A stretch of 64,000 nt of DNA from an uncultured beta proteobacterium (GTDB taxonomy: Bacteria; Pseudomonadota; Gammaproteobacteria; Burkholderiales; Gallionellaceae), in assembly GCA_963840345.1 (NCBI GenBank), contig CAWIYO010000006.1, positions 277,194 to 341,193 of the forward strand, given 5' to 3'. Numbering within the stretch: position 1 is the stretch's first letter; each line of letters opens with the position of its first letter. Shown here one piece after another: positions 55,268-64,000 of the stretch. A model generated the notes under the pieces. It worked only from the letters and a program-made list of their open reading frames with translations. It was not told the origin of the DNA and searched no databases. Position numbers and translations under genes: made by a program.

Positions 55268-56389
55268 CTATCTAAATACGTGGGGAACGAAATAGCTCAT
55301 GTTAGTGGTAATGGGCGTGGCATCTTCGCGTATGCACATCCCGGCGGGTTCCCCGCCGACTACCCAGGATCCGATAACCGGGTACATGCCCGCAAAACAC
55401 GGCAAGCACGTCAGCGCCTGATAGATGTAGCCTTCGTCGCCGTAAGGCCCGTCGTTGCTGTGATGCACGACTTCGCCGCCGCGGTGCAATTCTATGTTCG
55501 CTCCCTCGCGCGAAAACAAAGGCTTCCTGGCAAACGCGGTCAAACCCTTGGGCTGGTTGAAATACGCTTCAAGCAGGTTGGGGTGATTTGGGAACAGCTC
55601 CCACAACAACGGCAGGATGCCCTTGCACGACAGCACCGATTTCCATAGCGGCTCGATGAAGCGCGTCCCGGATTCGACGACATGCGCGCCGAACTCCTCA
55701 CGCATCATCCATTCCCAGGGATACAGCTTGAACAGGCACCTGATCGGTTTGCCCTGCATATCGACAAAGGTTTTTTGCTGCGCATTCCACCCGATCTGGT
55801 CCAGCGTGATATGCACCACCTGCTTGCCCGCCTGCACGGCGGTTTCCATCAGGTAGGTGATGGCGACCCAATCTTCCTCGTTGTCTGCTATGGAAGCGAA
55901 ATGGATCAGCGGCTCATCCGGCAGCGCATCCCAGCGCGCCACCAGTTTTTCATGCAGCGAATTGAACTGGTCGTCGTTGCCGAAGACTTCTTCCATCCAG
56001 TACCACTGCGCGACGGCGGATTCAAGAATGGAGGTCGGTGTATCGGCATTGTATTCCAGCATCTTCGGCGGATTGATGCCGTCGTAGGCCAGATCGAATC
56101 GCCCATACAGACTGAAATCGTTTGCATCGAACGAGGCTTTGATTGCGGCGTGGAATTCAGTGGGAATTTGCATCTCGCCCAGGCGGTCATGCTCGATCGC
56201 ATACTGCACGGCCTTTACGCACAAAGAGTGCAACTCGGCAGTAGCCGCCTCGATCTCATCGATCTGCGCCGCATTGAAGCGGTAGCACACGTCTTCCTTC
56301 CAGTAGTTGTCCCATGCCCAGAACGACAGGCCGATCGCTTCCAGTTTCTCGCCGTGGCCGGGACGTACTGCACTGCTCAAGCGTTCCAC
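55268..56389 (-). CDS. Glutathionylspermidine-synthase-like ATP-grasp protein (YgiC/YjfC type, no amidase domain)
   Basis: YGRFDL, EYNADTPTS, FNSLHE, FKLYPWEW, EPLWK, KPLFSREGAN, IGSW, IRED and FVPH motifs; GTG start after GGAGG. Confidence 0.93.
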   Translation of the reverse strand: MERLSSAVRPGHGEKLEAIGLSFWAWDNYWKEDVCYRFNAAQIDEIEAATAELHSLCVKAVQYAIEHDRLGEMQIPTEFHAAIKASFDANDFSLYGRFDLAYDGINPPKMLEYNADTPTSILESAVAQWYWMEEVFGNDDQFNSLHEKLVARWDALPDEPLIHFASIADNEEDWVAITYLMETAVQAGKQVVHITLDQIGWNAQQKTFVDMQGKPIRCLFKLYPWEWMMREEFGAHVVESGTRFIEPLWKSVLSCKGILPLLWELFPNHPNLLEAYFNQPKGLTAFARKPLFSREGANIELHRGGEVVHHSNDGPYGDEGYIYQALTCLPCFAGMYPVIGSWVVGGEPAGMCIREDATPITTNMSYFVPHVFR

Positions 56390-56401
56390 ATCGGCCTCCG
56401 T

Positions 56402-56827
56402 TCAACCGCCGCCGCTGCGGAAACTGAAATGTCCGAAGCCGCCGCGCGTGACGGTGCCGACAGGGGTGCTGCCAATGCTGTGTGACAACGGGCTGTTGGC
56501 GCCATGCGCGGAAGGCATGGGTTTGTGTACTCCGGACTCGGTGACAATGACCGGGTGTCCTGCCGACCTGTCCCAGTAATAACGCGGACCGGAATAACGG
56601 CTGCCGCCGCTGCTGCCACCGCCTCCTCCACCCCCGCTGCTAACATGCGAGCCGCCGGAGGTTTCTTCCCTGCAGTTTTCTTCTGATCCGCCCCAGTCCT
56701 GCATGCAGTCTTCCTTGCTGGCATAGGTATCCTGTTTCAGTTGCTCGACGCTTTTCTCTTCGGAGAGCGCCGCCACGCCCAGTCCGGCGCCCAGCATCCA
56801 CAACAGCACTTCGTGAGATCGTTTCAT
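56402..56827 (-). CDS. YgiB/YjfM (DUF1190)-like membrane-anchored Gly/Ser-rich protein
   Basis: MKRS plus a hydrophobic anchor, Y.S.EDC..DWG...C, a poly-Gly/Ser tract, GPRY and C-terminal VTRGGFG; directly upstream of the ligase. Confidence 0.75.
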   Translation of the reverse strand: MKRSHEVLLWMLGAGLGVAALSEEKSVEQLKQDTYASKEDCMQDWGGSEENCREETSGGSHVSSGGGGGGGSSGGSRYSGPRYYWDRSAGHPVIVTESGVHKPMPSAHGANSPLSHSIGSTPVGTVTRGGFGHFSFRSGGG

Positions 56828-58242
56828 GTACGAACTTCCCTGTTTTTTCCGGGATGGATATTACCTGCCCCGGCATGCTTGTGACTATCGTCATGTTCGT
56901 CCGTGAGCAGGAATTCATCAAATGTGAGACACCTGCCCGGTCGCCAATCTGTTTCCACGGTGGAGACCCTGCCCAGCCAGGGGCGGGCGACTTCCAGCAC
57001 CTGCGTGCTATCCATGGACTCAGCCTCGACCACACCCTCGCGCGGATGATCCAGCATCCATGTCATTGCGCCAATGATGCCCGCCACCACTTGCAACGAA
57101 GTCGCGCTGTTGTAGGGCGCCAATTGCCGTGCCTCGTCGCTGTTCAAAGTAGAGCCATGCCACAACGCACCGCTATCGCGAATGAGCAGCACCCCGATCT
57201 CGTCGAAGCCGCGAACGGCCTCGCTCGCAAGCACCTGAAAATCGCGAATGGTTTGCCCTGCGCGCCATTTCGCCAGACTCTCGCGAGCTTTCGGGCAGGC
57301 GTTATAGACGTAACAAATCGTGGGTTGGTAGGTATTTGTACTGAGCAAGTCTGCAATGGAAATGACTTCGTGATGCGTTACCAGCATGCCCTGTTGTTTG
57401 CCCAGCGATGGTGTCCACGACTTTAACCAGATGTTCGCACCGTGCTCGGCCAGGCATAAAGTTCTCGCATTGTCATGCAGCATGACGCTCGCGCCCGCCG
57501 GCAGCGCAGATTCGTGCGATCCCCAGCCCAGTTCAGCATGCTGCAAACATGCTTCGCTATAGAAGCCTTCTGCCGACCATGTATTGGCGAACACGCCGCG
57601 CTGCAATGGCTGGGCATCGTCCTGCGTATCGCGTTCGGCGATATGCACCACCCTCACGCCCAAAGCTTGCGCCAGCGCGCCCCATCCCAGCGTGGGCGCG
57701 ATGCCTTGGCTGTTCCCCAGCGCGCGCAGCGCTTCCTTCAGCAGGTGGCTGATCAAACCCGGGTTCATGCCGTGAGCTATCACCGCTGTCGCCGCGCCCG
57801 GCGTATGTTGCGCCAGCGCCTGCTGGCGCAAGCGGGCATTTGTCGTCTCCAGCGATGCGGAATCCCTGGCGGCATAGCCGCCGCTCCAGGGTTCCACGCA
57901 GGTATCCAGATACAGCACGTCTTGCGCCTTGCACCAGGCAATCAAAGCGAGCGATGACACATTGACCGACATGTTGAGGAGCAAATCCCCGGCTCGGAGA
58001 TGCCGGCTCAGGATGCTCGAGTAGTTGTCGGGCGTGAGAGGATCGACGAGATAGCGAACACCAAAATCATCGGCAACATGCCGGCCTTTTTCGTCGGCAG
58101 TAATGATGGTGAGTTGCGACGAATCGATGGCGAAGGCGCTGAACAGCAAGGGCAATAGCCCCCGGCCAATGCTGCCGCAGCCGACCATGACGATCCGGTT
58201 TGCATGTCGGCGAGTCAGGGACAATCCGGCCTCACAACGCAA
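56824..58242 (-). CDS. hss: Homospermidine synthase family protein (start uncertain, GTG 58242 or a few codons downstream)
   Basis: VGCGSIG, YLDTCVEPW, HGMNPG, HIAERDTQ, FANTWS.EGF.SE, AELGWGSHE, SWTP, THHE, DEIGVLL and ATSLQV motifs. Confidence 0.87.
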   Translation of the reverse strand: MRCEAGLSLTRRHANRIVMVGCGSIGRGLLPLLFSAFAIDSSQLTIITADEKGRHVADDFGVRYLVDPLTPDNYSSILSRHLRAGDLLLNMSVNVSSLALIAWCKAQDVLYLDTCVEPWSGGYAARDSASLETTNARLRQQALAQHTPGAATAVIAHGMNPGLISHLLKEALRALGNSQGIAPTLGWGALAQALGVRVVHIAERDTQDDAQPLQRGVFANTWSAEGFYSEACLQHAELGWGSHESALPAGASVMLHDNARTLCLAEHGANIWLKSWTPSLGKQQGMLVTHHEVISIADLLSTNTYQPTICYVYNACPKARESLAKWRAGQTIRDFQVLASEAVRGFDEIGVLLIRDSGALWHGSTLNSDEARQLAPYNSATSLQVVAGIIGAMTWMLDHPREGVVEAESMDSTQVLEVARPWLGRVSTVETDWRPGRCLTFDEFLLTDEHDDSHKHAGAGNIHPGKNREVRT

Positions 58243-58263
58243 TGCGATTGAACGAAAAAACGA

Positions 58264-59118
58264 TCAACGAAACACGATGGTCTTGTTGCCACACACCAGC
58301 ACGCGATCCTCCACATGGTAGCGCAAGCCGCGCGACAACACGGTCTTCTCGATGTCGCGGCCGTAACGCACCAGGTCATCCACCGTATCGCCATGGTCGA
58401 TGCGCACCGTATCCTGCTCGATGATCGGCCCCGCATCCAGTTCGTCGGTCACGTAATGGCAGGTCGCGCCGATCAGTTTGACGCCGCGCTGGTAGGCTTG
58501 GTGGTACGGCTTGGCGCCGACGAAGGAGGGCAGAAAGCTGTGGTGGATATTGATGACGCGTTCCGGGTAACGCTGGCACAGCCACGGCGGCAGGATTTGC
58601 ATGAAGCGCGCCAGCACCATCGCATCGCCGCGATGCTCGTCGTACAGCGCCGAGATGCGCTTGAACGCCGCGTCTTTGTCCGTCATCTCGACATAGATGA
58701 ACGGGATGCCGTGCCATTCGACGAAACTGCGCAGGTCTTCATGGTTTGAAATCACACAGGGAATGTCCACCTGCAATTCGCCGCTGCGCCAGCGATGCAG
58801 CAAGTCGTCCAGGCAATGATCCTGCTTGCTCACCAGCACCACCAAACGTTTCTTTATTGCCGAATCGGAAAGCTGCCATGCCATGCCGAATTCCTGCGCC
58901 AATTGGGCAAAGCGCCGGCGCAATTCCTCTGCATCGAACGGCAGCGAGTCGGCGCGTATTTCCTGCCGCATGAAGAAGCGTTGCGCCTCCTGTTCGGTGT
59001 GGTAACTCGCTTCGACGATGAATCCGCCATGCTGCGCGATAAAGCCGCTCACCGCCGCGATGATGCCTGCGCGGTCGGGGCAGGAGATGGTCAGGGTGTA
59101 GTGGCGTGAAGTGGTCAT
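58264..59118 (-). CDS. purU: Formyltetrahydrofolate deformylase
   Basis: ACT domain LTISCPDRAGI; VSKQDHCL, LARFMQIL, INIHHSFLPSF.GAKPY and LDAGPIIEQ motifs. Confidence 0.96.
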   Translation of the reverse strand: MTTSRHYTLTISCPDRAGIIAAVSGFIAQHGGFIVEASYHTEQEAQRFFMRQEIRADSLPFDAEELRRRFAQLAQEFGMAWQLSDSAIKKRLVVLVSKQDHCLDDLLHRWRSGELQVDIPCVISNHEDLRSFVEWHGIPFIYVEMTDKDAAFKRISALYDEHRGDAMVLARFMQILPPWLCQRYPERVINIHHSFLPSFVGAKPYHQAYQRGVKLIGATCHYVTDELDAGPIIEQDTVRIDHGDTVDDLVRYGRDIEKTVLSRGLRYHVEDRVLVCGNKTIVFR

Positions 59119-59283
59119 ACAAGTGTTCCTCAAATTTGAGCGGAGAATTCTAACGGATAACGCCGGCAAACCAGCAACAAGTGCTGCGCGATGCCTTTCG
59201 ACGCAGTAATGCCCAAATAGTATTGCGCTTTGCCGCTGATATCCGGATGATTTGGCTATCTCCAGACAAGGAATGAATTCGAT

Positions 59284-59556
59284 ATGTTGGCGCTACCCTC
59301 GATGTGGAACCTGATCATCTCTACCCTCGTGTTTTTCATCGCTGTTGGATACCTCAGACGCTACCTGGACGAACAGGACATCCCCAAGGGGATGACGCGC
59401 GGAGCGCTGGTATTTACGCTCGCCTTCATGTTGGCATGGGGTGCAGGGAAGGCGGCGGACTGGGCTCAGAAAACAATAGAAGGGCCGCAGCCGGTAGCGC
59501 AGCTATCGAATGATTCTTCGCAACCCCTGAATGCCGGCGATCAGGTACCACAGTAA
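59284..59556 (+). CDS. Hypothetical small membrane protein (two TM segments)
   Basis: 90 aa with two hydrophobic stretches; AAGGA upstream. Confidence 0.6.
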   Translation: MLALPSMWNLIISTLVFFIAVGYLRRYLDEQDIPKGMTRGALVFTLAFMLAWGAGKAADWAQKTIEGPQPVAQLSNDSSQPLNAGDQVPQ

Positions 59557-59807
59557 GCATGGGCTTACTTCGATATTCGTCCGGATTGACATCCCGCAGC
59601 GCGGGGCGGCAGGCTAATAGGCTGATTTTTTGCAGCAAACGAGGCCCTGAACCGCCCATCACCCGCATCCAGCCCGTTGGTCGCTTTTTAGCCATTCGTC
59701 TGCCGGCCCAAAGCGACAGGCCGGCTTGAAGTCACGAATCGTTTGTTGATAGTGTCAACTCCCGCCAGAAGTTGAAGCTTGGCATTTCCAAATGGAAGGA
59801 GTCGGTC

Positions 59808-60026
59808 ATGGGCATCTTGGACAAAACCGGGGGTGAATGGGAACAGCTTTTCGTGCAAATCAATTTTGTGACGGGGAACTCTGTCGCATGCATGGTGAAC
59901 AAGCAGACCAAAAAACGAGTCTACTTCGATATAGAGGCAAATCGGGTGCTGTCGAAGCGGGAGGCCTTGAGCTACACCATCGATCTAACGGGCCAGTTCC
60001 CGCTTCCCCCCGCTGCCGAATGTTGA
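59808..60026 (+). CDS. Hypothetical small protein (72 aa)
   Basis: AAGGAG RBS before ATG 59808; globular-looking sequence MGILDKTGGEWEQLF... Confidence 0.55.
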   Translation: MGILDKTGGEWEQLFVQINFVTGNSVACMVNKQTKKRVYFDIEANRVLSKREALSYTIDLTGQFPLPPAAEC

Positions 60027-60094
60027 TCGCCGCTTCGTCCCCGCATTCGAAGCAGTGCGGAAGATGAACCTGACCGACCACCCCATTCGCGAAG

Positions 60095-60829
60095 CTATTT
60101 GCCGGTCTTTTCAGGCAACTGCCGCAGATCCACCTGATCCAGGCGAACGAATACGAAACCGGACTTGAGCAGATAGGCCAATCCTGCTGCAAGCCCTTCC
60201 GCCGAGTCGGAGTCGGGTTTGTTCATGTGGGCGATGATGACGTCGCCTGCTTTCACGCGCGCCAGTCTTCTTTCGATGGTGCGCTTTGTCAAAGTGGCGC
60301 CGTTATCCGCATTCACGGAAAAACCCGCGATCTTGTAACCCAGCCGGTCGATCTCCTTGATCGCTTCGGCGTCATACTCGCCCGTGGCACCCCGGTACCA
60401 ATGCGGCGCAACGCCGGTGGCTTTTTCTACAGCGCGCGCGCCTTCGACCACCTCGCGTCTGAGGTGAACGACATCCGGGTGACCGGGAATGCCATATACA
60501 TTTCTGCCCGCACCGATCACAGCCGGAATATGTTTCTCTCCGTGATCCTCGACATCGAACAGATCGAGATGCGCCTTGATATCGGAGAGGCCAAGCTTGT
60601 TCCTGTCCAGCCATCTTTTGGTGACGAAGATCGTTGCGGGAATCCGGTTCTTGATGAGGAATTCGATCAGGTCGCTGTCGTATTTTCCGCCACAGGCATC
60701 CAGCGTCAGGGCGATCTTCTTGTCGGACGGCGACTGCAGCACTACCTGATTGTGGATTTCGACAGGGTTTTGTTCCGCCTGCACGCCTAGCGGCGCAAGT
60801 GCCATAACAAATACAAGTAGTGTTTTCAT
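60095..60829 (-). CDS. Exported polysaccharide deacetylase (CE4) family protein
   Basis: Signal peptide; IALTLDAC, PATIFVT, DHGEKH, WYRGATG and IIAHMN motifs; ATG at 60829. Confidence 0.85.
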   Translation of the reverse strand: MKTLLVFVMALAPLGVQAEQNPVEIHNQVVLQSPSDKKIALTLDACGGKYDSDLIEFLIKNRIPATIFVTKRWLDRNKLGLSDIKAHLDLFDVEDHGEKHIPAVIGAGRNVYGIPGHPDVVHLRREVVEGARAVEKATGVAPHWYRGATGEYDAEAIKEIDRLGYKIAGFSVNADNGATLTKRTIERRLARVKAGDVIIAHMNKPDSDSAEGLAAGLAYLLKSGFVFVRLDQVDLRQLPEKTGK

Positions 60830-60830
60830 T

Positions 60831-61634
60831 CTATAGAAATTCCGCCGGCAACTGCTGCGCGACGACTTCTTTACCCCATAACAACGACATGATGCGCGAA
60901 GCCTGTTCCGCATCTCCACTGGTAAAGAACGTTTCTGAAGCCTCGCCGTTGACCCGGGGCGGCAATTCGGTCTTTATGCGGTGATGCAGATGGCGCGCAA
61001 CAGCGGCCCCGGTGTCCACCAGCGTGATGGCGTCGCCCACCACTTCGCGTATCAATGGGACGAGGAACGGATAGTGGGTGCAGCCCAGGATCAAAGTGTC
61101 GGCGCCTCGCTTCAGCAATGGCGCCGTGTAACGTTCGATCAATTCGCGCGTGCGTGCGCTGTCCAGCTCGCCCTGTTCGACTTGTTCGACCAGGCCGGGA
61201 CACCCTTGGGTCTCGATCTTTACGCTCCCGGCATATTTCTCCAGCAACGCGGCGAAGCGGGCGCTCTCCAGTGTACCGACGGTCGCCAGCACACCGACCA
61301 CGCCGCTCTTGCTGGCTGCGACTGCAGGCTTGACCGCGGGTTCCATGGCCAGGATGGGCATCTTGTTGAATTTGGTGCGCAGGGTGTGCGCGGCGGCGGC
61401 AGTCGCCGTGTTGCAGGCGATGACGATGGCATCCGCGCCCTGGCTGATCAGGAAGCGCGTGATCGCTAGCGAGCGCTCTTCGATGTAGGCGGGCGACTTG
61501 TCGCCGTAGGGCACATGGCCGGAGTCGGCCACGTAGATCAGGCGTTCGTGCGGCAGCGTCCGGCGGATATGATGCAGGACAGACAATCCGCCCACACCCG
61601 AATCGAAAACGCCGATCGCTCCCGCAGGCTTCAT
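60831..61634 (-). CDS. murI: Glutamate racemase
   Basis: FDSGVGGLSV, PYG.K, IACNTA and LGCTHYP motifs. Confidence 0.97.
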   Translation of the reverse strand: MKPAGAIGVFDSGVGGLSVLHHIRRTLPHERLIYVADSGHVPYGDKSPAYIEERSLAITRFLISQGADAIVIACNTATAAAAHTLRTKFNKMPILAMEPAVKPAVAASKSGVVGVLATVGTLESARFAALLEKYAGSVKIETQGCPGLVEQVEQGELDSARTRELIERYTAPLLKRGADTLILGCTHYPFLVPLIREVVGDAITLVDTGAAVARHLHHRIKTELPPRVNGEASETFFTSGDAEQASRIMSLLWGKEVVAQQLPAEFL

Positions 61635-61640
61635 GAATGC

Positions 61641-63236
61641 TCAGGGCACCATCTGGTCACGCAGGAACTCTTCATACGTACCGTGGTAATCGTTCACGCC
61701 CTTGGCCGAGATCTCGATGATGCGCGTGGCCAGCGACGAAACGAACTCGCGGTCATGGCTGACGAACACCAGCGTGCCCTTGAATTCCAGCAGCGCGGTG
61801 TTGAGCGACTCGATGGATTCCATGTCCATGTGGTTGGTCGGTTCGTCCATCAGCAGCACGTTCGTTTTGGCCAGCATCAGCTTGCCGAACAGCATGCGAC
61901 CCTTCTCGCCGCCGGACAGCACCTTCACGTTCTTCTTCACTTCGTCGCCGGAGAACAGCAGGCGGCCCAGCGTGCCGCGCACTACCTGGTCGTCGTCGCC
62001 GGGGCCGCGGCAATCGGTCATCCACTCGGTCAGCGTCTTGTCGTTCGGGAACTCGTATTCGTGGTCCTGCGCGTAGTAGCCGAGCTTGGCCTTCTCCGCC
62101 CACTTGACGGTGCCGGTGTCCGCCGCCAGGTCGCCGGCGAGGATGCGCAGCAGCGTAGTCTTACCGATGCCGTTGGGGCCGATGATGGCGACCTTCTCGC
62201 CGGCATCGATGCGGAAGTTCACGTTGGAGAACAGCATGCGGTCGAAGCCCTTGGCCACCTTCTCCACTTCCACCGCAACGCGGTGCAGCTTCTCGCGCTC
62301 GTCGTATTCGAAGCGGATGAACGGGTACTGGCGGCTGGACGGCTTGAAGTCTTCGATCTTGATCTTGTCGATCTGGCGCGCGCGCGAGGTGGCCTGCTTG
62401 GCCTTGGAAGCGTTGGCCGAGAAGCGCGCCACGAAGGCCTTCAGTTCGGCGACCTTCTCCTTGGCCTTGGCATTGTCGGCGGCCTGTTGCTCGCGCGCTT
62501 GCGTGGAGGCCAGCATGTAGTCGTCGTAGTTGCCCGGATAGATGGTGATCTTGCCGTAGTCGAGGTCGGCCATGTGCGTGCACACGCTGTTCAGGAAGTG
62601 GCGGTCGTGCGAGATGATCACCATGGTCGAGTTGCGCGCGTTGAGCACGTCTTCCAGCCAGCGGATGGTGTTGATGTCGAGGTTGTTGGTCGGCTCGTCC
62701 AGCAGCAGGATATCGGGATTGGAGAACAGTGCCTGCGCCAGCAGTACGCGCAGCTTGAAGCCGGGTGCGACTTCGCGCATCGGCCCTTGGTGCAATTCGA
62801 TGGCGATACCGACACCCAGCAGCAACTCGCCCGCGCGTGCCTCGGCGGTGTAGCCGTCGAACTCGGCGAAAGTCGCTTCCAGATCGGCAGCGCGCATGTA
62901 GTCTTCTTCGCTGGCATCGGGGTTGGCGTAGATCGCGTCGCGCTCGGACATCGCTTCCCACATCTCGGCATGGCCCATCAGCACCACGTCCAGCACGCGC
63001 GTGTCTTCATAAGCGAACTGGTCTTGGCGCAACTTGCCGAGGCGCTCGTTCTTGTCCAGCATCACCTCGCCGGAGGATTGCTCCAGATCGCGACCGAGGA
63101 TCTTCATGAAAGTGGACTTGCCGCAACCGTTGGCGCCGATCAGGCCGTAGCGGTTACCGTCGCCGAATTTGACGGAAACGTTTTCAAACAACGGCTTGGC
63201 GCCGAACTGCATGGTGATATTTGCTGTGGATAACAT
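61641..63236 (-). CDS. ABC-F family ATPase (YbiT-like)
   Basis: Two ABC domains ([19 protein letters not shown]; [20 protein letters not shown]) and no TM segments. Confidence 0.93.
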   Translation of the reverse strand: MLSTANITMQFGAKPLFENVSVKFGDGNRYGLIGANGCGKSTFMKILGRDLEQSSGEVMLDKNERLGKLRQDQFAYEDTRVLDVVLMGHAEMWEAMSERDAIYANPDASEEDYMRAADLEATFAEFDGYTAEARAGELLLGVGIAIELHQGPMREVAPGFKLRVLLAQALFSNPDILLLDEPTNNLDINTIRWLEDVLNARNSTMVIISHDRHFLNSVCTHMADLDYGKITIYPGNYDDYMLASTQAREQQAADNAKAKEKVAELKAFVARFSANASKAKQATSRARQIDKIKIEDFKPSSRQYPFIRFEYDEREKLHRVAVEVEKVAKGFDRMLFSNVNFRIDAGEKVAIIGPNGIGKTTLLRILAGDLAADTGTVKWAEKAKLGYYAQDHEYEFPNDKTLTEWMTDCRGPGDDDQVVRGTLGRLLFSGDEVKKNVKVLSGGEKGRMLFGKLMLAKTNVLLMDEPTNHMDMESIESLNTALLEFKGTLVFVSHDREFVSSLATRIIEISAKGVNDYHGTYEEFLRDQMVP

Positions 63237-63527
63237 GGGACTGCCTTATTTTCGAAGGCGCGCATTCTACCACTGACGGGGGAGGGCTGACCTTTGGGTT
63301 TATGGTGGGGAAAAGGAGGTCGTTTCAGACGAAACTCAAGGTTGACGGGATAAATTAAAGTATGACTTTAACTTCCATCCGCGATATTTTAGGTTGCCCT
63401 AAATTTGAAGTTTCGCAAGAAACCATGTTAACCGCCTGATCATAAATAGGGTCTTGACAGTCTGTCCGGATATAGACGACATTGAGGTTCAATGAAACTG
63501 TTTTCTATTTTTTGTTAGAGGTTACCC

Positions 63528-63820
63528 ATGCAGCGATGGAACTGGTTTATGGCCGCTGATTTTGAAGGAAAGTGGATTACCACCAACGGCTATGCCGATG
63601 TGGAGTTTGATTCACCAAGTTTCAACGCTATTCTCCGATTTAGTCCTGATGCTGATCCTTACCAGAAAGTCGTAGCAACGCTTGACGGAGAGGAGGGGGC
63701 GATGCCGTTGTATCGTCACTTGGGTTGTCTGATCCCGCGCCCTACAAATTGCACGGCCCTTGTTTCAGGTTGGCACTAGTCAAAGTGCACCAACTACAAT
63801 CCTGCTAACTGACGGCAGCA
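63528..63820 (+). pseudogene. AT-rich hypothetical gene, frameshifted and apparently interrupted by an IS end
   Basis: GAGG RBS precedes ATG 63528. Protein-like reading shifts frame near 63700-63760 and reaches TILLTDGS just before the IS-like end. Confidence 0.45.
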
Positions 63821-64000
63821 GTACATGGACGCCCACTAGTTTGCCAAGCTTTCAATCGACGATTTTGAGAGTAGGTAAAGATTGCAGCCATACATCCGGA
63901 TTTTGTGTGAGGCTTTCGCCTCTATCCCTGATGGAATACGCTGAATGAGGTCCCATCACGTTAGCGGGCTTTTCGCCCGTGGAGCTAATCGGACTTTCTC
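63820..64000 (-). mobile_element. Probable non-coding end of an IS110-family (IS1111 group) insertion sequence; transposase expected beyond the window
   Basis: Subterminal IR-like atggacgcccac at 63825-63836. The minus strand reads ..ttccatcaggg..gaggc-gaaa-gcctc..ccggatgtatggctgcaatc..gcttggcaaactagtgggcgtccat, resembling IS1111-group ends as recalled. No transposase is visible. Confidence 0.55.

Noticed and set aside
59745-59759. FNR-like dyad gttgatagtgtcaac upstream of the 59808 gene
   Set aside because: The spacing is one base shorter than TTGAT-N4-ATCAA and there is no other support.
63512-63530. gttagag before ATG 63528 as a possible integron cassette core site
   Set aside because: It does not fit GTTRRRY, and no attC palindrome or integrase is visible.

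Overview
This 64-kb window is GC-rich betaproteobacterial chromosome. Gene order and content suggest Nitrosomonadales/Gallionellaceae (Sideroxydans-like); that is an inference, not a search result. Most of it is core genome: an aroK-aroB fusion cut by the left edge, pilMNOPQ, mrcA, hemB, engB, hemL, thiE/thiD, rsmA-pdxA-surA-lptD, amgK-murU, pepP-ubiH, mpl, metH, comM, ubiK, an NtrC/sigma54-type TorF-glnK-amtB operon, purU, murI and an ABC-F ATPase. Accessory blocks are a Hyb-type [NiFe]-hydrogenase operon, an OprB-family porin plus heavy-metal RND efflux set, and several signalling genes (GGDEF-hemerythrin, cyclase-FHA, CZB, Ser/Thr kinase, cNMP-GGDEF). The best candidate for an undescribed system is a coupled operon at 54887-58242: homospermidine synthase, a YgiB/DUF1190-like Gly-rich protein, a YgiC/YjfC-like ATP-grasp ligase and a DUF350 membrane protein. 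It suggests homospermidine conjugation. Non-coding features of note are a four-hairpin candidate sRNA with an anti-SD loop, several palindromic repeat families (some inserted in frame in amgK and metH, one nested in another), and the probable non-coding end of an IS110/IS1111-group element at the right edge. About ten single-base frameshifts in otherwise intact genes point to an unpolished long-read assembly. No rRNA, tRNA or CRISPR array was seen.
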